Assembly: GCA_040222015.1 (NCBI GenBank)
Contig: JAVJWO010000193.1
Span: 64,001-128,000 of the forward strand
From: Coleofasciculus chthonoplastes F2-STO-03
GTDB lineage: Bacteria > Cyanobacteriota > Cyanobacteriia > Cyanobacteriales > Coleofasciculaceae
Reading direction: 5' to 3'
Length of the DNA: 64,000 nt
The position numbers and the translations under genes are program-made. Positions 7,800-17,808 of this stretch are shown here, piece after piece. A model generated the notes under the pieces. That model ran no database searches. It was given only the letters and a program-made list of their open reading frames with translations, and was not told where the DNA came from. The number at the start of each line of letters is the position of its first letter. Position 1 is the first letter of the stretch.

Positions 7800-9788
7800 A
7801 TGACTAAGATAATAAAATTTCATTTTTTAGCTTCAACGATTTTTCTGATTAGTTGCTTCATTCTCCAAGTTTTTTTTAACGCTCATAATGCCTTACCGTG
7901 GCTGAATGTATTCCTATTTTTAGTGATATTGATATCAACGGTGGTTCATCCTCTGTCTGGTATCGGTGTTTTAGTATTTTTACTTCCCTTCACAGCAGGT
8001 GTTTTCCCTCAAACTCAAGCCCTATTTAATATCGCCATTCCCATGACAGATATTTTGAGTTTAGATTGTATGATTGGGGTTTTATTCGGGCTATTTTTCC
8101 TAGATGTTTTTACCAACAGATTAAAAATTGATCGGAATAAAGACTGGGATCAAACTAGGATACTTGAATCCCTGTTAATTGCTTTTCACATTGTTATCAT
8201 TATAACCGTCGCGATCGCTATATCTCGCAATCTTTACCAGTCTGTATCTCCCTACTCTGTTAAAGGATTTTTCTACAATCTTGCTAATATCCGCTACCTC
8301 AGCTTTCATGATGACTATTTTCCGCTCAGAGATCTGGTTATTTTTACGGCTGCGATTACACTCAGCATCAGGTTACTCAACCTAATCCGCACTCCGTCAC
8401 AGTTAAAACAAAGTCTATTAATACCTCTGGCTATTGCGACAACTATTATTTTAGGTTATGCACTGTGGTCAAAACTAACAGGATTGGGTTACAACCGAGA
8501 CGGTGTCGCGCTGGGTGTCAACAGCTTTCTCCCCGATATTCACGCTTATGGAGGATATGCTCTAGCCGCTGTTCTGGGGGGACTCTATTATTTAAGCAGC
8601 ACTAATGTCTTGATTAAATGGATAGCCGGGGCTTTTTCATTAATGGCGGTTGTTGGAGTCGTTGTTAGTGCTTCTCGCTTTGCGATCGTCATGTTATGTA
8701 TTGTCGTTATTAGTTATTTATTTTTTGTTTTCTGGACTAAAAAAAGAGGTAATCTAACAACAGTTGTATTGAGTGTTATTTTAGTTTTCGGAACAGCTTA
8801 TTTAAGTGTTAAATTTGATAATAGAGAATTATTCAGCCGACTTTATTCAGTGTTACAATCTCAATCTTTTGAAGACTTCAACACTACCCTAAGTCAGCGA
8901 CCAGAAATATTTCGTTCCAATCTATTAATGTACAGCCACTATCCCATTCTGGGTTTAGGTAAGGGCATTTTTTATCGCCAAAGTTCAATTGCTGAGTTTA
9001 GCCAGTCTGATTTCTTTGCGACATATAATAATGGAGAAAATGCCCATAACTATTTTCTGCAAATCCTCGTAGAAATGGGTCTGGTTGGGTTGGTTATTTT
9101 TTGTTGTTTATTTCTTTACCAAGGTCTGTACCTAAGAAATCGATCCACGGAAATTATCACAGTACTAATAGTGGGACTATTTTCGGGAAATATCTATGGT
9201 CATTCCCTGTTGATACCTAACCTGCTTTTCTTACTGTTTATCTTGCTAGGAGCATCCAATGTAGATGAGCAACCAGAAAAATCAATTTCCCCGACAATCC
9301 GGCTTATACCGTTGCCTAAAGCTTGGCGTTATTTCCTTATAGCAATGACAACAGCCATAGTCGTCGGAGCGATTTATGAAGTAAAAACTAGCTATGGTAA
9401 ACTTCCTTTCCAATCACAGTTTTTCTGTTATAAACCTGCTGAATACAGCGATCGCCAGACGAGCGGTCTGTTTAAAGAAACCTATACAGTCACTGGAAAA
9501 TATCTCATGCTCAATTATATTGTCCATCATGCCGATGCTCAAAGGCGTCCTCTCACGATTGACTTCAACTTAGAACAACAAGGACAAACGATTGCTTACT
9601 ACCAACGCTTGATTAATTCTCCAGGTGAGTATCAGGAAAGTTTGGATATCTCTCAATTAAAAACAGGTTCTAACATTTCACTACAAATTAAAACTTCAAG
9701 GTGCTTCACACCGATGAATTTAGGAGTTGGCTTAGATAAAAGACCTTTGGGTATTCAGTTAAACAAGGTTTTGCAGGATAGCAGATAA
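7800..9788 (+). CDS. O-antigen ligase (WaaL/Wzy_C) family membrane protein
   Basis: Many TM helices, SASR, HYPILGLGKG, NAHNYFLQILVEMGLVG. Confidence 0.85.
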   Translation: MTKIIKFHFLASTIFLISCFILQVFFNAHNALPWLNVFLFLVILISTVVHPLSGIGVLVFLLPFTAGVFPQTQALFNIAIPMTDILSLDCMIGVLFGLFFLDVFTNRLKIDRNKDWDQTRILESLLIAFHIVIIITVAIAISRNLYQSVSPYSVKGFFYNLANIRYLSFHDDYFPLRDLVIFTAAITLSIRLLNLIRTPSQLKQSLLIPLAIATTIILGYALWSKLTGLGYNRDGVALGVNSFLPDIHAYGGYALAAVLGGLYYLSSTNVLIKWIAGAFSLMAVVGVVVSASRFAIVMLCIVVISYLFFVFWTKKRGNLTTVVLSVILVFGTAYLSVKFDNRELFSRLYSVLQSQSFEDFNTTLSQRPEIFRSNLLMYSHYPILGLGKGIFYRQSSIAEFSQSDFFATYNNGENAHNYFLQILVEMGLVGLVIFCCLFLYQGLYLRNRSTEIITVLIVGLFSGNIYGHSLLIPNLLFLLFILLGASNVDEQPEKSISPTIRLIPLPKAWRYFLIAMTTAIVVGAIYEVKTSYGKLPFQSQFFCYKPAEYSDRQTSGLFKETYTVTGKYLMLNYIVHHADAQRRPLTIDFNLEQQGQTIAYYQRLINSPGEYQESLDISQLKTGSNISLQIKTSRCFTPMNLGVGLDKRPLGIQLNKVLQDSR

Positions 9789-9955
9789 CTTCAAGATAGA
9801 TAATTGGCTCAGCCTTTTTTTTTAAGGAAATGAATAAAAAAAGTTGCTACTTCTGATCCAAAACAGACTCCTGTTTGCTCTGATTTAGGCTCAGTCAAAT
9901 AAGTACAAACTACACCCGACACCCGACTTACCCAAACCCAAAGTAGAATGGTACT

Positions 9956-10024
9956 GATTTAAGGCTGGTGGGCAATGCCCACCCTACAGTATATCAAGGG
10001 TTTTGGCACTGCCCAAATGCTTAT
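9956..10024. repeat. REP-like repeat GGTGGGCAATGCCCACCCTAC with conserved flank
   Basis: Second copy at ~51716-51783. Confidence 0.75.
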
Positions 10025-10323
10025 CGAGCGTGCTACTAACCCTAAGCAGGATCTGTATGTAAGTCTTAAAGATGTTGGAACTGCACAGGGTAAGCAGGGG
10101 TCAGTAATGGTAAGACCCAAGGAGCATATTACCTTTGTCGGCTGGGTAACGCTTACGCTCTACCCAACCTCCAAGAACATTTTGTGTTCTGACATGCTTC
10201 CAAGACCTAGCGAGGTGCGCTAGGTAAGTTTATTTGATACTGTTTTAGTGTGGTGTGTGAATTGAACAGCGACGCGATTAGCGTGAGCTGATGTCCTCTA
10301 GAGGTTACTAAAACCGTACTGGT

Positions 10324-11616
10324 GTGATGAGTGAGATAGCGATTTCATTGACAAATGTCTCCAAGTGCTATAAGCGCTATAACCGTCCCCTCGATAGACT
10401 CAAAGAAATAGTACTGCCAGGAAAGAGCCGCGCCCAAGCGTTTTGGGCATTGCGTGATATCAACCTGGAAGTCGCCCCAGGGGAGACTCTGGGCATTGTG
10501 GGGCAGAATGGTTCAGGGAAAAGTACCCTGTTGCAGATCATTGCCGGAACCCTGACACCAACGACAGGTGAGGTGTGGGTTAATGGTCGAGTTTCCGCCT
10601 TGCTGGAACTTGGAAGTGGGTTCAACCCAGAGTTTACCGGACGGCAAAATGTCTTTTTTAATGGTCAAATTCTGGGATTAAGTCGGGAAGAGATAGCAGC
10701 GAAGTTTGATAACATTGCCGCTTTTGCTGATATCGGTGATTTCCTCGATCAACCAGTCAAAACCTATTCTAGTGGCATGGTAGTTCGCCTCGCCTTTGCC
10801 GTGGTAGCGAATATCGATCCCACGATATTAATCGTAGACGAAGCCTTAGCTGTTGGTGATGCCCGTTTCCAAGCGCGTTGTATGAAACGAATTCGCCAGC
10901 TTAAAGAGCAAGGCGTAACCATTCTTTTTGTTTCCCACGATTCAGCCAGCGTTAAAATGCTTTGTACTCGTGCTGCCCTGATGAATTATGGTTCCCTCAT
11001 TGAAGTGGGCCAGCCCAAAGAGGTTATTAATCATTATACGGCGCTATTGAGTTCAGACAACCCCCGTAATTATAAAGAGATTCTTTCGCCTAAAGAAAGG
11101 TTAGAGTTCAATCATTGCCAACCGGAAACTTCATTAAACCGCACCCTACATGGATTACACGAACATCGACATGGGAATCAAATCGCCGTAATCAATGAGG
11201 TTAAGATTATCAATATCTATAACCGCCAAGTAGAGACAATAGAAACGGGTTCTCTGTTTAAGATTCAGGTGAAGTTAGCCGTTAATGCCAAGCTGCCTGA
11301 TCTGGTGATCGGTATTTCCATTAGAAACTTAATGGGGTTGGTTATCTATGGCACGAATACTCAAGGATTGAACTGTCAATTACCCCAGCTTGACAGGGGA
11401 CAAAAGTTGACTGTAGAATTTCAACTTCCCTGTAACTTACATAAGGGGATTTATACCGTAACCGTAGGGGTTCATTCCCAAGAAGGATTAAGTTATGATT
11501 GGATTGATGATTTAGTCGTGTTTGAAGTAATCAATGACAGTCATTGTGAAGGTATTGTTGATTTGCAAGCTGATGTCAAAATCAAAGCTGATGCCGTTTT
11601 TTGTCTAACTCCATAA
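10324..11616 (+). CDS. wzt: Polysaccharide ABC transporter ATP-binding subunit with Wzt C-terminal domain
   Basis: GQNGSGKST, YSSGMVVRLAF, ILIVDEALAVGD, C-terminal carbohydrate-binding domain. Confidence 0.9.
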   Translation: MMSEIAISLTNVSKCYKRYNRPLDRLKEIVLPGKSRAQAFWALRDINLEVAPGETLGIVGQNGSGKSTLLQIIAGTLTPTTGEVWVNGRVSALLELGSGFNPEFTGRQNVFFNGQILGLSREEIAAKFDNIAAFADIGDFLDQPVKTYSSGMVVRLAFAVVANIDPTILIVDEALAVGDARFQARCMKRIRQLKEQGVTILFVSHDSASVKMLCTRAALMNYGSLIEVGQPKEVINHYTALLSSDNPRNYKEILSPKERLEFNHCQPETSLNRTLHGLHEHRHGNQIAVINEVKIINIYNRQVETIETGSLFKIQVKLAVNAKLPDLVIGISIRNLMGLVIYGTNTQGLNCQLPQLDRGQKLTVEFQLPCNLHKGIYTVTVGVHSQEGLSYDWIDDLVVFEVINDSHCEGIVDLQADVKIKADAVFCLTP

Positions 11617-11657
11617 TCTCAAGAAAATCTCCTAAATTTCCTCAATTTTTTTAACTA

Positions 11658-12887
11658 ATGAGTATGATTGAAGCCAATAACCCAGAAATTGATGTTGATG
11701 AGTTAATGGAGAAAGTTCGGGAAGAGGTCGCCAAACGTAACACTAAACCGTTCACAAAAGAAAATGTAAATCGGCAACCTACCCTTGGCATTAATCCTCT
11801 TCTTGCTCACCAGATACAAGCCTTTCTCAATAACGCCGAATCCAAGTCTCAAGTTCGCACAGAGTTTCCCGAAAAGCTGAATCGTTTTCCGTTTACACTC
11901 AGTAGACGATTACAGAAGTTCATTTTAAGACTGTATGCCTTTCTCTTCAAGGAACAACGCGCTGTTAATTTCTCTTTAATTCAAGCGCTAAGAGAGTCTT
12001 TTGCACTAAATCAGCAGTTGAGTGAGCAAATGGCGGCTCTTCAATCTCAACTCAAGTTGATGGATAAGCGTTATGAAAAAAATTACATCGACATCAAAAA
12101 TGATTTGGCTCAACAGCAGCAACTGATTAATTTTCTTTTAGATTTAGATGAGGTTAAAGATCAATTGCCTGCAATTTTGAAGTCCGAGCAACTTCAAAGG
12201 CAAAGCTTGATCAATCAAAATACAAGATTAGTTGATACGTTTTATCTTGCCCTAGAAGACAAATTTCGGGGGAGTCGAGAGGAAATTATTGAGCGATTAA
12301 AGGTTTACTTGCCACGAATTGCACAAGCTAAAAATGACACCAAAAACTTGCTTATTCTCGATCTAGGCTGTGGGCGGGGGGAATGGTTGGAGTTGTTGCG
12401 AGATGAGGGATATGTGGCTCGCGGGTTAGATATTAATCAGCTTATGCTCGATCAGTGTAAGACTGGGGGGCTAGACGTTATTGAAGCTGATGCATTGACT
12501 TATCTGAAATCTCAACCTGATGCGAGCCTAGGTGCAGTGACAGGATTTCACTTGATTGAGCATTTACCTTTTCCTGTGTTGATAAACTTGATTGAGGAAA
12601 GTGTCAGAGTTCTCCAGCCAAGAGGGTTAGTAATCTTTGAAACTCCAAATCCTCAGAATGCGTTAGTGGGAATGCATAATTTTTATATTGATCCAAGCCA
12701 CCTCAACCCCTTACCTAGTGCATTGGTAAAATTTATGCTAGAACACAGTGGATTCGATCAAGTAGAAATTATCAATCTTCATCCTTATGACGAATCGTTT
12801 AAACTGAGTGGTTCTCCAGTAGCAGAACGTTTTAATGAGTATTTCTATGGTTCACAAGATTATGCAGTGATTGGATACAAGCCATGA
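11658..12887 (+). CDS. Class I SAM-dependent methyltransferase with N-terminal coiled coil
   Basis: LDLGCGRGEWL, FHLIEHL, FETPNP, FYIDPSH. Confidence 0.85.
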   Translation: MSMIEANNPEIDVDELMEKVREEVAKRNTKPFTKENVNRQPTLGINPLLAHQIQAFLNNAESKSQVRTEFPEKLNRFPFTLSRRLQKFILRLYAFLFKEQRAVNFSLIQALRESFALNQQLSEQMAALQSQLKLMDKRYEKNYIDIKNDLAQQQQLINFLLDLDEVKDQLPAILKSEQLQRQSLINQNTRLVDTFYLALEDKFRGSREEIIERLKVYLPRIAQAKNDTKNLLILDLGCGRGEWLELLRDEGYVARGLDINQLMLDQCKTGGLDVIEADALTYLKSQPDASLGAVTGFHLIEHLPFPVLINLIEESVRVLQPRGLVIFETPNPQNALVGMHNFYIDPSHLNPLPSALVKFMLEHSGFDQVEIINLHPYDESFKLSGSPVAERFNEYFYGSQDYAVIGYKP

Positions 12888-15199
12888 AACCCCTTGCCAT
12901 CGTAACACCTTGGTTTAATAAAAATCTAACAGGAGGAGCCGAGCAACAAGCGTGGCAAGTGGCTACCCGTTTGGCGAGTCGGGGTCATAAAATTGAAGTG
13001 TTAACTACTTGCTGTCGTTCCTTTCATGATGACTGGGCGGTGAATCATTTCAAAGCCGGAGTTAGTCGGGAGAATGGGTTACTCATTCGGCGGTTTCCGG
13101 TGAGTCGTCGCGATCGCACGGCGTTTGATCAGGTTAATCGCGTTATGCTAAGTTTACCCCCTTGCCAACTTAAACCAGGGGTTAATCCGGTTAAATCGGG
13201 AGAATCAGCTGTTTTCGCATCAGCAAATATTAATTCCCCCAAATTGCTGAATTATTTGTCCAAGAAATCCAAAAGCTATCAAGCGTTTCTATTTATTCCT
13301 TATCTTTATGGCATAATTTTAAACGGACTTCCTCTTGTGTCCAGTAAGGCGTTTTTGCAGCCCTGTTTGCATGATGAGGTTTATGCCTATCTGCCAGAGG
13401 TTGCTAAAATTTTTCATCAATGCCAAGGTTTGTTATGGATTAGTGAGGGAGAATATCACCAAGGGATAAAGTTATATGGTTCTGGTATTATTCCTAAAAG
13501 TGTTGTCGTCAGTGCGGGTGTAGAGGTGACTCGACATGAAGAAAACCAAACAGAACCTGTCCTAAGTTTACAACTTGACAAAGAATTTTATATTCTTTGC
13601 TTAGGTCGTCGCGATAGGACTAAAAATACTAATCTATTAGTAGATGCTTATATAAAATTTAAGCAACAGTATCCTGAATCAAAACTTAAGCTGGTTTTAG
13701 CGGGTTCTGGTAATCAGTCATTTAATGACTCAGAACAGGGTGTGATTGATTTGGGTGTAGTGGATGAACCGGAAAAAGCAGCATTACTCACCCACTGTAT
13801 CGCCTTATTTCAACCCAGCCGTAACGAAAGCTTCTCCCGTGTAATCATGGAAGCCTGGTTTTACGGTAAACCTGTGGCGGCTAATCGAGACTGTCTAGCA
13901 ACAGCGATGGCGGTGGAATCTAGTCAAGGGGGTTGGTTAGCAGGGAGTGAGGTAGAATGGGCGGAATTATTTGCCAAAGTTGATCAGATGGGAGAGGAAC
14001 AACTGGTAAGCTATGGGACGAGGGGTCAAGCTTATGCAAAAGAAAATGCGGTATGGGATAAAGTTATTGAACGGTATGAATTCGCCCTAGGATTATCTAA
14101 ACCAGGCAGAGGTTTAAACGCGCTAACAAGACGCGGAAAGCTCAAGGAAATCCATCAACTTCTACCAAATTTAGCGTATGGTGACGCAATCTCAAATCAA
14201 GCACTAGCCATTCGAGATTATCTGCGTCGCTGCGGTTATCACTCCGATATTTTTGTTCGTTGTATCGATGAGCGAGTTGCCCATGAAGCCAAACTATTTA
14301 ACCCAAATGACATTAGTGAGCAAGCTGGGAGCATCTACCACCATTCAATTGGCTCAGAACTTACCGACTACGCGATCGCCCATTCCGGTTCTAAGTGCTT
14401 AATTTATCATAATATCACACCATCGGAGTTCTTCCGTCCCTATAAACCTGAGTTTGCTCAACTGCTAGAAAAAGGACGTGTTGAATTGAATAAATTGGCT
14501 CAACACTTTCCTTTATCCGTGGGAGATTCTGCCTATAATGCCGCAGAACTCGCAGCCGTTGGGTTTCATCAGCCAGGGGTGTTGCCGATAATCGTAGACC
14601 CCAGCAAATGGGATATGCCTGCCGATGCTACATTGATGGATCAATTACAGGATGGAAAATCAAATTTACTCTTTGTTGGTCGTATTGCTCCAAACAAATG
14701 CCAGATTCATCTAGTAGAATCATTCTACCATTACCTGACAATGGATCAAGCGGCGAGGTTAATTCTAGCTGGATGGGGAGATGTGAATGATCCCTATTAC
14801 TGTCACCTGTTGGATAGAATACAAGAACTCGGTTTAAAGGATTATGTTTTAGTGTCAGGGTTAGTTAGTGAAACTCAATTGTTAGCCTTTTACCGAACAG
14901 CACATCTATTCTGGTCGATGAGTGAACATGAAGGGTTTGGTGTGCCATTAGTGGAAGCAATGTGGTTTGATATTCCGGTTTTGGCATATAAGAGTAGTGC
15001 TGTTCCGGAAACGTTGGGCAATGGTGGTATCTTGTTTACTCGTAAAGACGAGCTAGTTCAAGTTGCCGCCTTAGCCAAACTGTTAATCCACAATCCAGTC
15101 TTAAGGAATCAAGTGATAACTCATCAAATTCAGAGACGTATATTTTGCTCACCGAAATCTGTTGAACTAAATCTTATAAATTTAGTGAATTCACTATAA
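12884..15199 (+). CDS. Two-domain GT4 glycosyltransferase
   Basis: Two GT-B modules: PSRNESFSRVIMEAW and SEHEGFGVPLVEAM. Confidence 0.9.
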   Translation: MKPLAIVTPWFNKNLTGGAEQQAWQVATRLASRGHKIEVLTTCCRSFHDDWAVNHFKAGVSRENGLLIRRFPVSRRDRTAFDQVNRVMLSLPPCQLKPGVNPVKSGESAVFASANINSPKLLNYLSKKSKSYQAFLFIPYLYGIILNGLPLVSSKAFLQPCLHDEVYAYLPEVAKIFHQCQGLLWISEGEYHQGIKLYGSGIIPKSVVVSAGVEVTRHEENQTEPVLSLQLDKEFYILCLGRRDRTKNTNLLVDAYIKFKQQYPESKLKLVLAGSGNQSFNDSEQGVIDLGVVDEPEKAALLTHCIALFQPSRNESFSRVIMEAWFYGKPVAANRDCLATAMAVESSQGGWLAGSEVEWAELFAKVDQMGEEQLVSYGTRGQAYAKENAVWDKVIERYEFALGLSKPGRGLNALTRRGKLKEIHQLLPNLAYGDAISNQALAIRDYLRRCGYHSDIFVRCIDERVAHEAKLFNPNDISEQAGSIYHHSIGSELTDYAIAHSGSKCLIYHNITPSEFFRPYKPEFAQLLEKGRVELNKLAQHFPLSVGDSAYNAAELAAVGFHQPGVLPIIVDPSKWDMPADATLMDQLQDGKSNLLFVGRIAPNKCQIHLVESFYHYLTMDQAARLILAGWGDVNDPYYCHLLDRIQELGLKDYVLVSGLVSETQLLAFYRTAHLFWSMSEHEGFGVPLVEAMWFDIPVLAYKSSAVPETLGNGGILFTRKDELVQVAALAKLLIHNPVLRNQVITHQIQRRIFCSPKSVELNLINLVNSL

Positions 15200-15216
15200 A
15201 ATCAAGGAGTTTATGA

Positions 15217-16629
15217 ATGAATAAAACAAAAAATAAATTCACAGTAATTACTACTTCATTTTTGATACAACTTGCAAAAACAATAAAATTAATTTTAAAT
15301 ATTTACTTCAGCAAAAATACAAACCAATCAATAAATTCAGAAATAATAGAAACAGAAGAAGATTCAGACAAATCAAATGATATCACAAGTAAGATTTATA
15401 GCCTTAGTCCTGACTATTCTATAGAGCAGTTAGACGCAATTTACAACACAATAATTTTAAAGCAAAGCTTTTATAATTCAGAGTATAGTCAAAATTGGGA
15501 AATCACTCCCTATCGGGCTATGGCAGAGATGATAGTTACCGTAATAAATCCAAAATCGCATCTGGATATAGGATGTGGCATAGGTTTATTAGTTCAAGCA
15601 ATGCGAGATAAACAGGTCGAATCTTGTGGATTAGAATACAGTGAATCTTTAGTTGAACAAGCAAATAGTTCTATACGTCAATATATTAAAAACATTTCAA
15701 TAGAAGAGATGATTTTAGATTGGGAAAACCATTTTAAACAAAAAGATGTAATTAGCTTAACAGAAGTTTGCGAGCATTTACCAATTTCTATCCTTGAAAA
15801 AGTTTTTTCGCTTTTTAGTCAAAATCATAAAGGAGCCATCTTTGCAACCATTCCTTCCTATGGACTTGATTCTACCTTTAAACATGGAATAAAAGTAAAT
15901 CCAGATACTCCATCATGGCTAAGAGATATGCAGGAAAATATACCCTTCAAAAATATTGTTTTAGAAAATGCTTTGCCTCATCATGGACATATCACACTCG
16001 CATCTTACAGATGGTGGACTGAATTTTTTCTTTATTATGGATGGTCTAGAAATAGAGACTTGGAATTTTCATGTAACCGTAATTTTAAGCACACACTCAT
16101 AACCTATAACTGGAATCCTTATATTCTTGAGCCAATCGTTGAAATAGATCGAGTTAATGAATCGATAAAATCAGGAAATGGTTTAAATTTGGGTTGGTAT
16201 GACTACGATGATGATGTAAAAGGTCGTTGGACTGACGGTTTCGCCAGAATTGTTTTCAAGAACAATTCATCTATTTATGGCATTAAACTAAAATTATCAA
16301 CTCCTGATATAAATATTATACAAGATTGGGAATTATGCTTAAGAGTGGATAGCTTAGCTAAAGATTATAATTATAAATTTATTTGGAATCCATGTTTAAT
16401 AAGTAAACCCATAGAAGTTCCTCGAAAATCAGAAACTGAAGTTGAAGTTGAGATTTTATTGTTTCCTTTCAAATCAGTTGATGTTGAATTGCCGTCTTTA
16501 CCAAACTGTTGGCGACTCAATATCATGTCATCAAAATTTTCTCCCAAAGATTATGATTTAAGCCCAAATGTAAAAGAATTAGGAATTGTAGTTCACTCAA
16601 TTGAAATATTAGTAGACGATAGACTATGA
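15217..16629 (+). CDS. SAM-dependent methyltransferase with C-terminal beta-rich domain
   Basis: HLDIGCGIG, EVCEHL; AT-rich gene. Confidence 0.75.
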   Translation: MNKTKNKFTVITTSFLIQLAKTIKLILNIYFSKNTNQSINSEIIETEEDSDKSNDITSKIYSLSPDYSIEQLDAIYNTIILKQSFYNSEYSQNWEITPYRAMAEMIVTVINPKSHLDIGCGIGLLVQAMRDKQVESCGLEYSESLVEQANSSIRQYIKNISIEEMILDWENHFKQKDVISLTEVCEHLPISILEKVFSLFSQNHKGAIFATIPSYGLDSTFKHGIKVNPDTPSWLRDMQENIPFKNIVLENALPHHGHITLASYRWWTEFFLYYGWSRNRDLEFSCNRNFKHTLITYNWNPYILEPIVEIDRVNESIKSGNGLNLGWYDYDDDVKGRWTDGFARIVFKNNSSIYGIKLKLSTPDINIIQDWELCLRVDSLAKDYNYKFIWNPCLISKPIEVPRKSETEVEVEILLFPFKSVDVELPSLPNCWRLNIMSSKFSPKDYDLSPNVKELGIVVHSIEILVDDRL

Positions 16630-16632
16630 CCT

Positions 16633-17808
16633 ATGAAAGTAGCCTTTGTTGTTCAACGTTGCGGATTGGAGGTTAATGGGGGTGCAGAATCACATTGCCT
16701 TAAAATTGCCCAACGGATGTCTAAGTATTGGGATTTAGAAATTCTAACAACTTGTGCTTTGGACTATATGACGTGGCAGAATTACTATTCACCAGGAGTA
16801 TCAAACGTCTTGGGTGTCAACGTGCGGCGTTTTCAGGTAGCCAAACCTAGAGATGTTGTCAGTTTTAATAAGTTATCTGATAAAATTTACTCTCGGCTCA
16901 AAACAGTCTCACTAGAAGAACAAGAAGCGTGGATGCAAGCGCAAGGACCATGGTCTCCTGACCTGATAAACTATGTTAAAGCTTGTCAAGATGAGTATGA
17001 GGCTTTTATCTTTTTCACATATTTATATGCGACGACTTACTTTATATTACCCTGGGTCGCTGAAAAAGCGTATTTAGCACCTTTAGCTCATAACGAGTGG
17101 ACTTTGTATCTGAGTATGTGGGATAGGTTATTTGAGAAACCTCGCGGTTTTATCTTTAATGCACCGGAAGAACGGGATTTGATACAAGCACGCTTTCCTT
17201 ATGCTAACTGTAAAGGACAGATTGTGGGAGTGGCGGTAGAACCCCCCGATAGTTATAGTGCAGCAGTGTTTCGGCACAACTATAAGATTGATGAGCCATT
17301 TTTGTTGTATATTGGCAGAATCGATCCGTCTAAGGGATGCGAGGAGTTGTTTCGCTATTTCATGGAGTTGCGATCGCAGGAAACAAAACCCAGAAAGTTA
17401 GTCTTACTAGGAAAGCCAGCTATGCCGATTCCCCAGCATCCCGATATCCTCGCGTTGGGGTTTGTGGATGAGCAAACCAAGTGGAATGCACTTGCAGCTT
17501 GTGATATTTTAGTCATGCCATCGCCTTATGAAAGTCTTTCCATGGTATTGTTAGAAGCCTGGGCAGTCGGTAAGCCGGTTTTAGTTAATGGGCAATGTGA
17601 TGTTTTAGTGGGACAGTGTAGGCGGGCGCAAGGGGGAATTTGGTATAAGAATAAGGATGAATTTATTGTAGCTGTAGGCATGATCCACAACTCCGTCAGC
17701 TATCAGTTAGGATTACAAGGGCAACGCTTTGTTCAAAGCCATTATGTTTGGTCTCAGATAGATTCTGATTATTTAAGTATAATTCCTCAAAATGACTGCT
17801 CTAAATAA
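16633..17808 (+). CDS. GT4 glycosyltransferase
   Basis: GGAE, YIGRIDPSKG, PSPYESLSMVLLEAW. Confidence 0.9.
   Translation: MKVAFVVQRCGLEVNGGAESHCLKIAQRMSKYWDLEILTTCALDYMTWQNYYSPGVSNVLGVNVRRFQVAKPRDVVSFNKLSDKIYSRLKTVSLEEQEAWMQAQGPWSPDLINYVKACQDEYEAFIFFTYLYATTYFILPWVAEKAYLAPLAHNEWTLYLSMWDRLFEKPRGFIFNAPEERDLIQARFPYANCKGQIVGVAVEPPDSYSAAVFRHNYKIDEPFLLYIGRIDPSKGCEELFRYFMELRSQETKPRKLVLLGKPAMPIPQHPDILALGFVDEQTKWNALAACDILVMPSPYESLSMVLLEAWAVGKPVLVNGQCDVLVGQCRRAQGGIWYKNKDEFIVAVGMIHNSVSYQLGLQGQRFVQSHYVWSQIDSDYLSIIPQNDCSK

Noticed and set aside
9975..10223. 82-aa ORF as a remnant wzm or small protein
   Set aside because: Starts inside a REP repeat (same MPTL start as the spurious ORF at 51733); no TM segments
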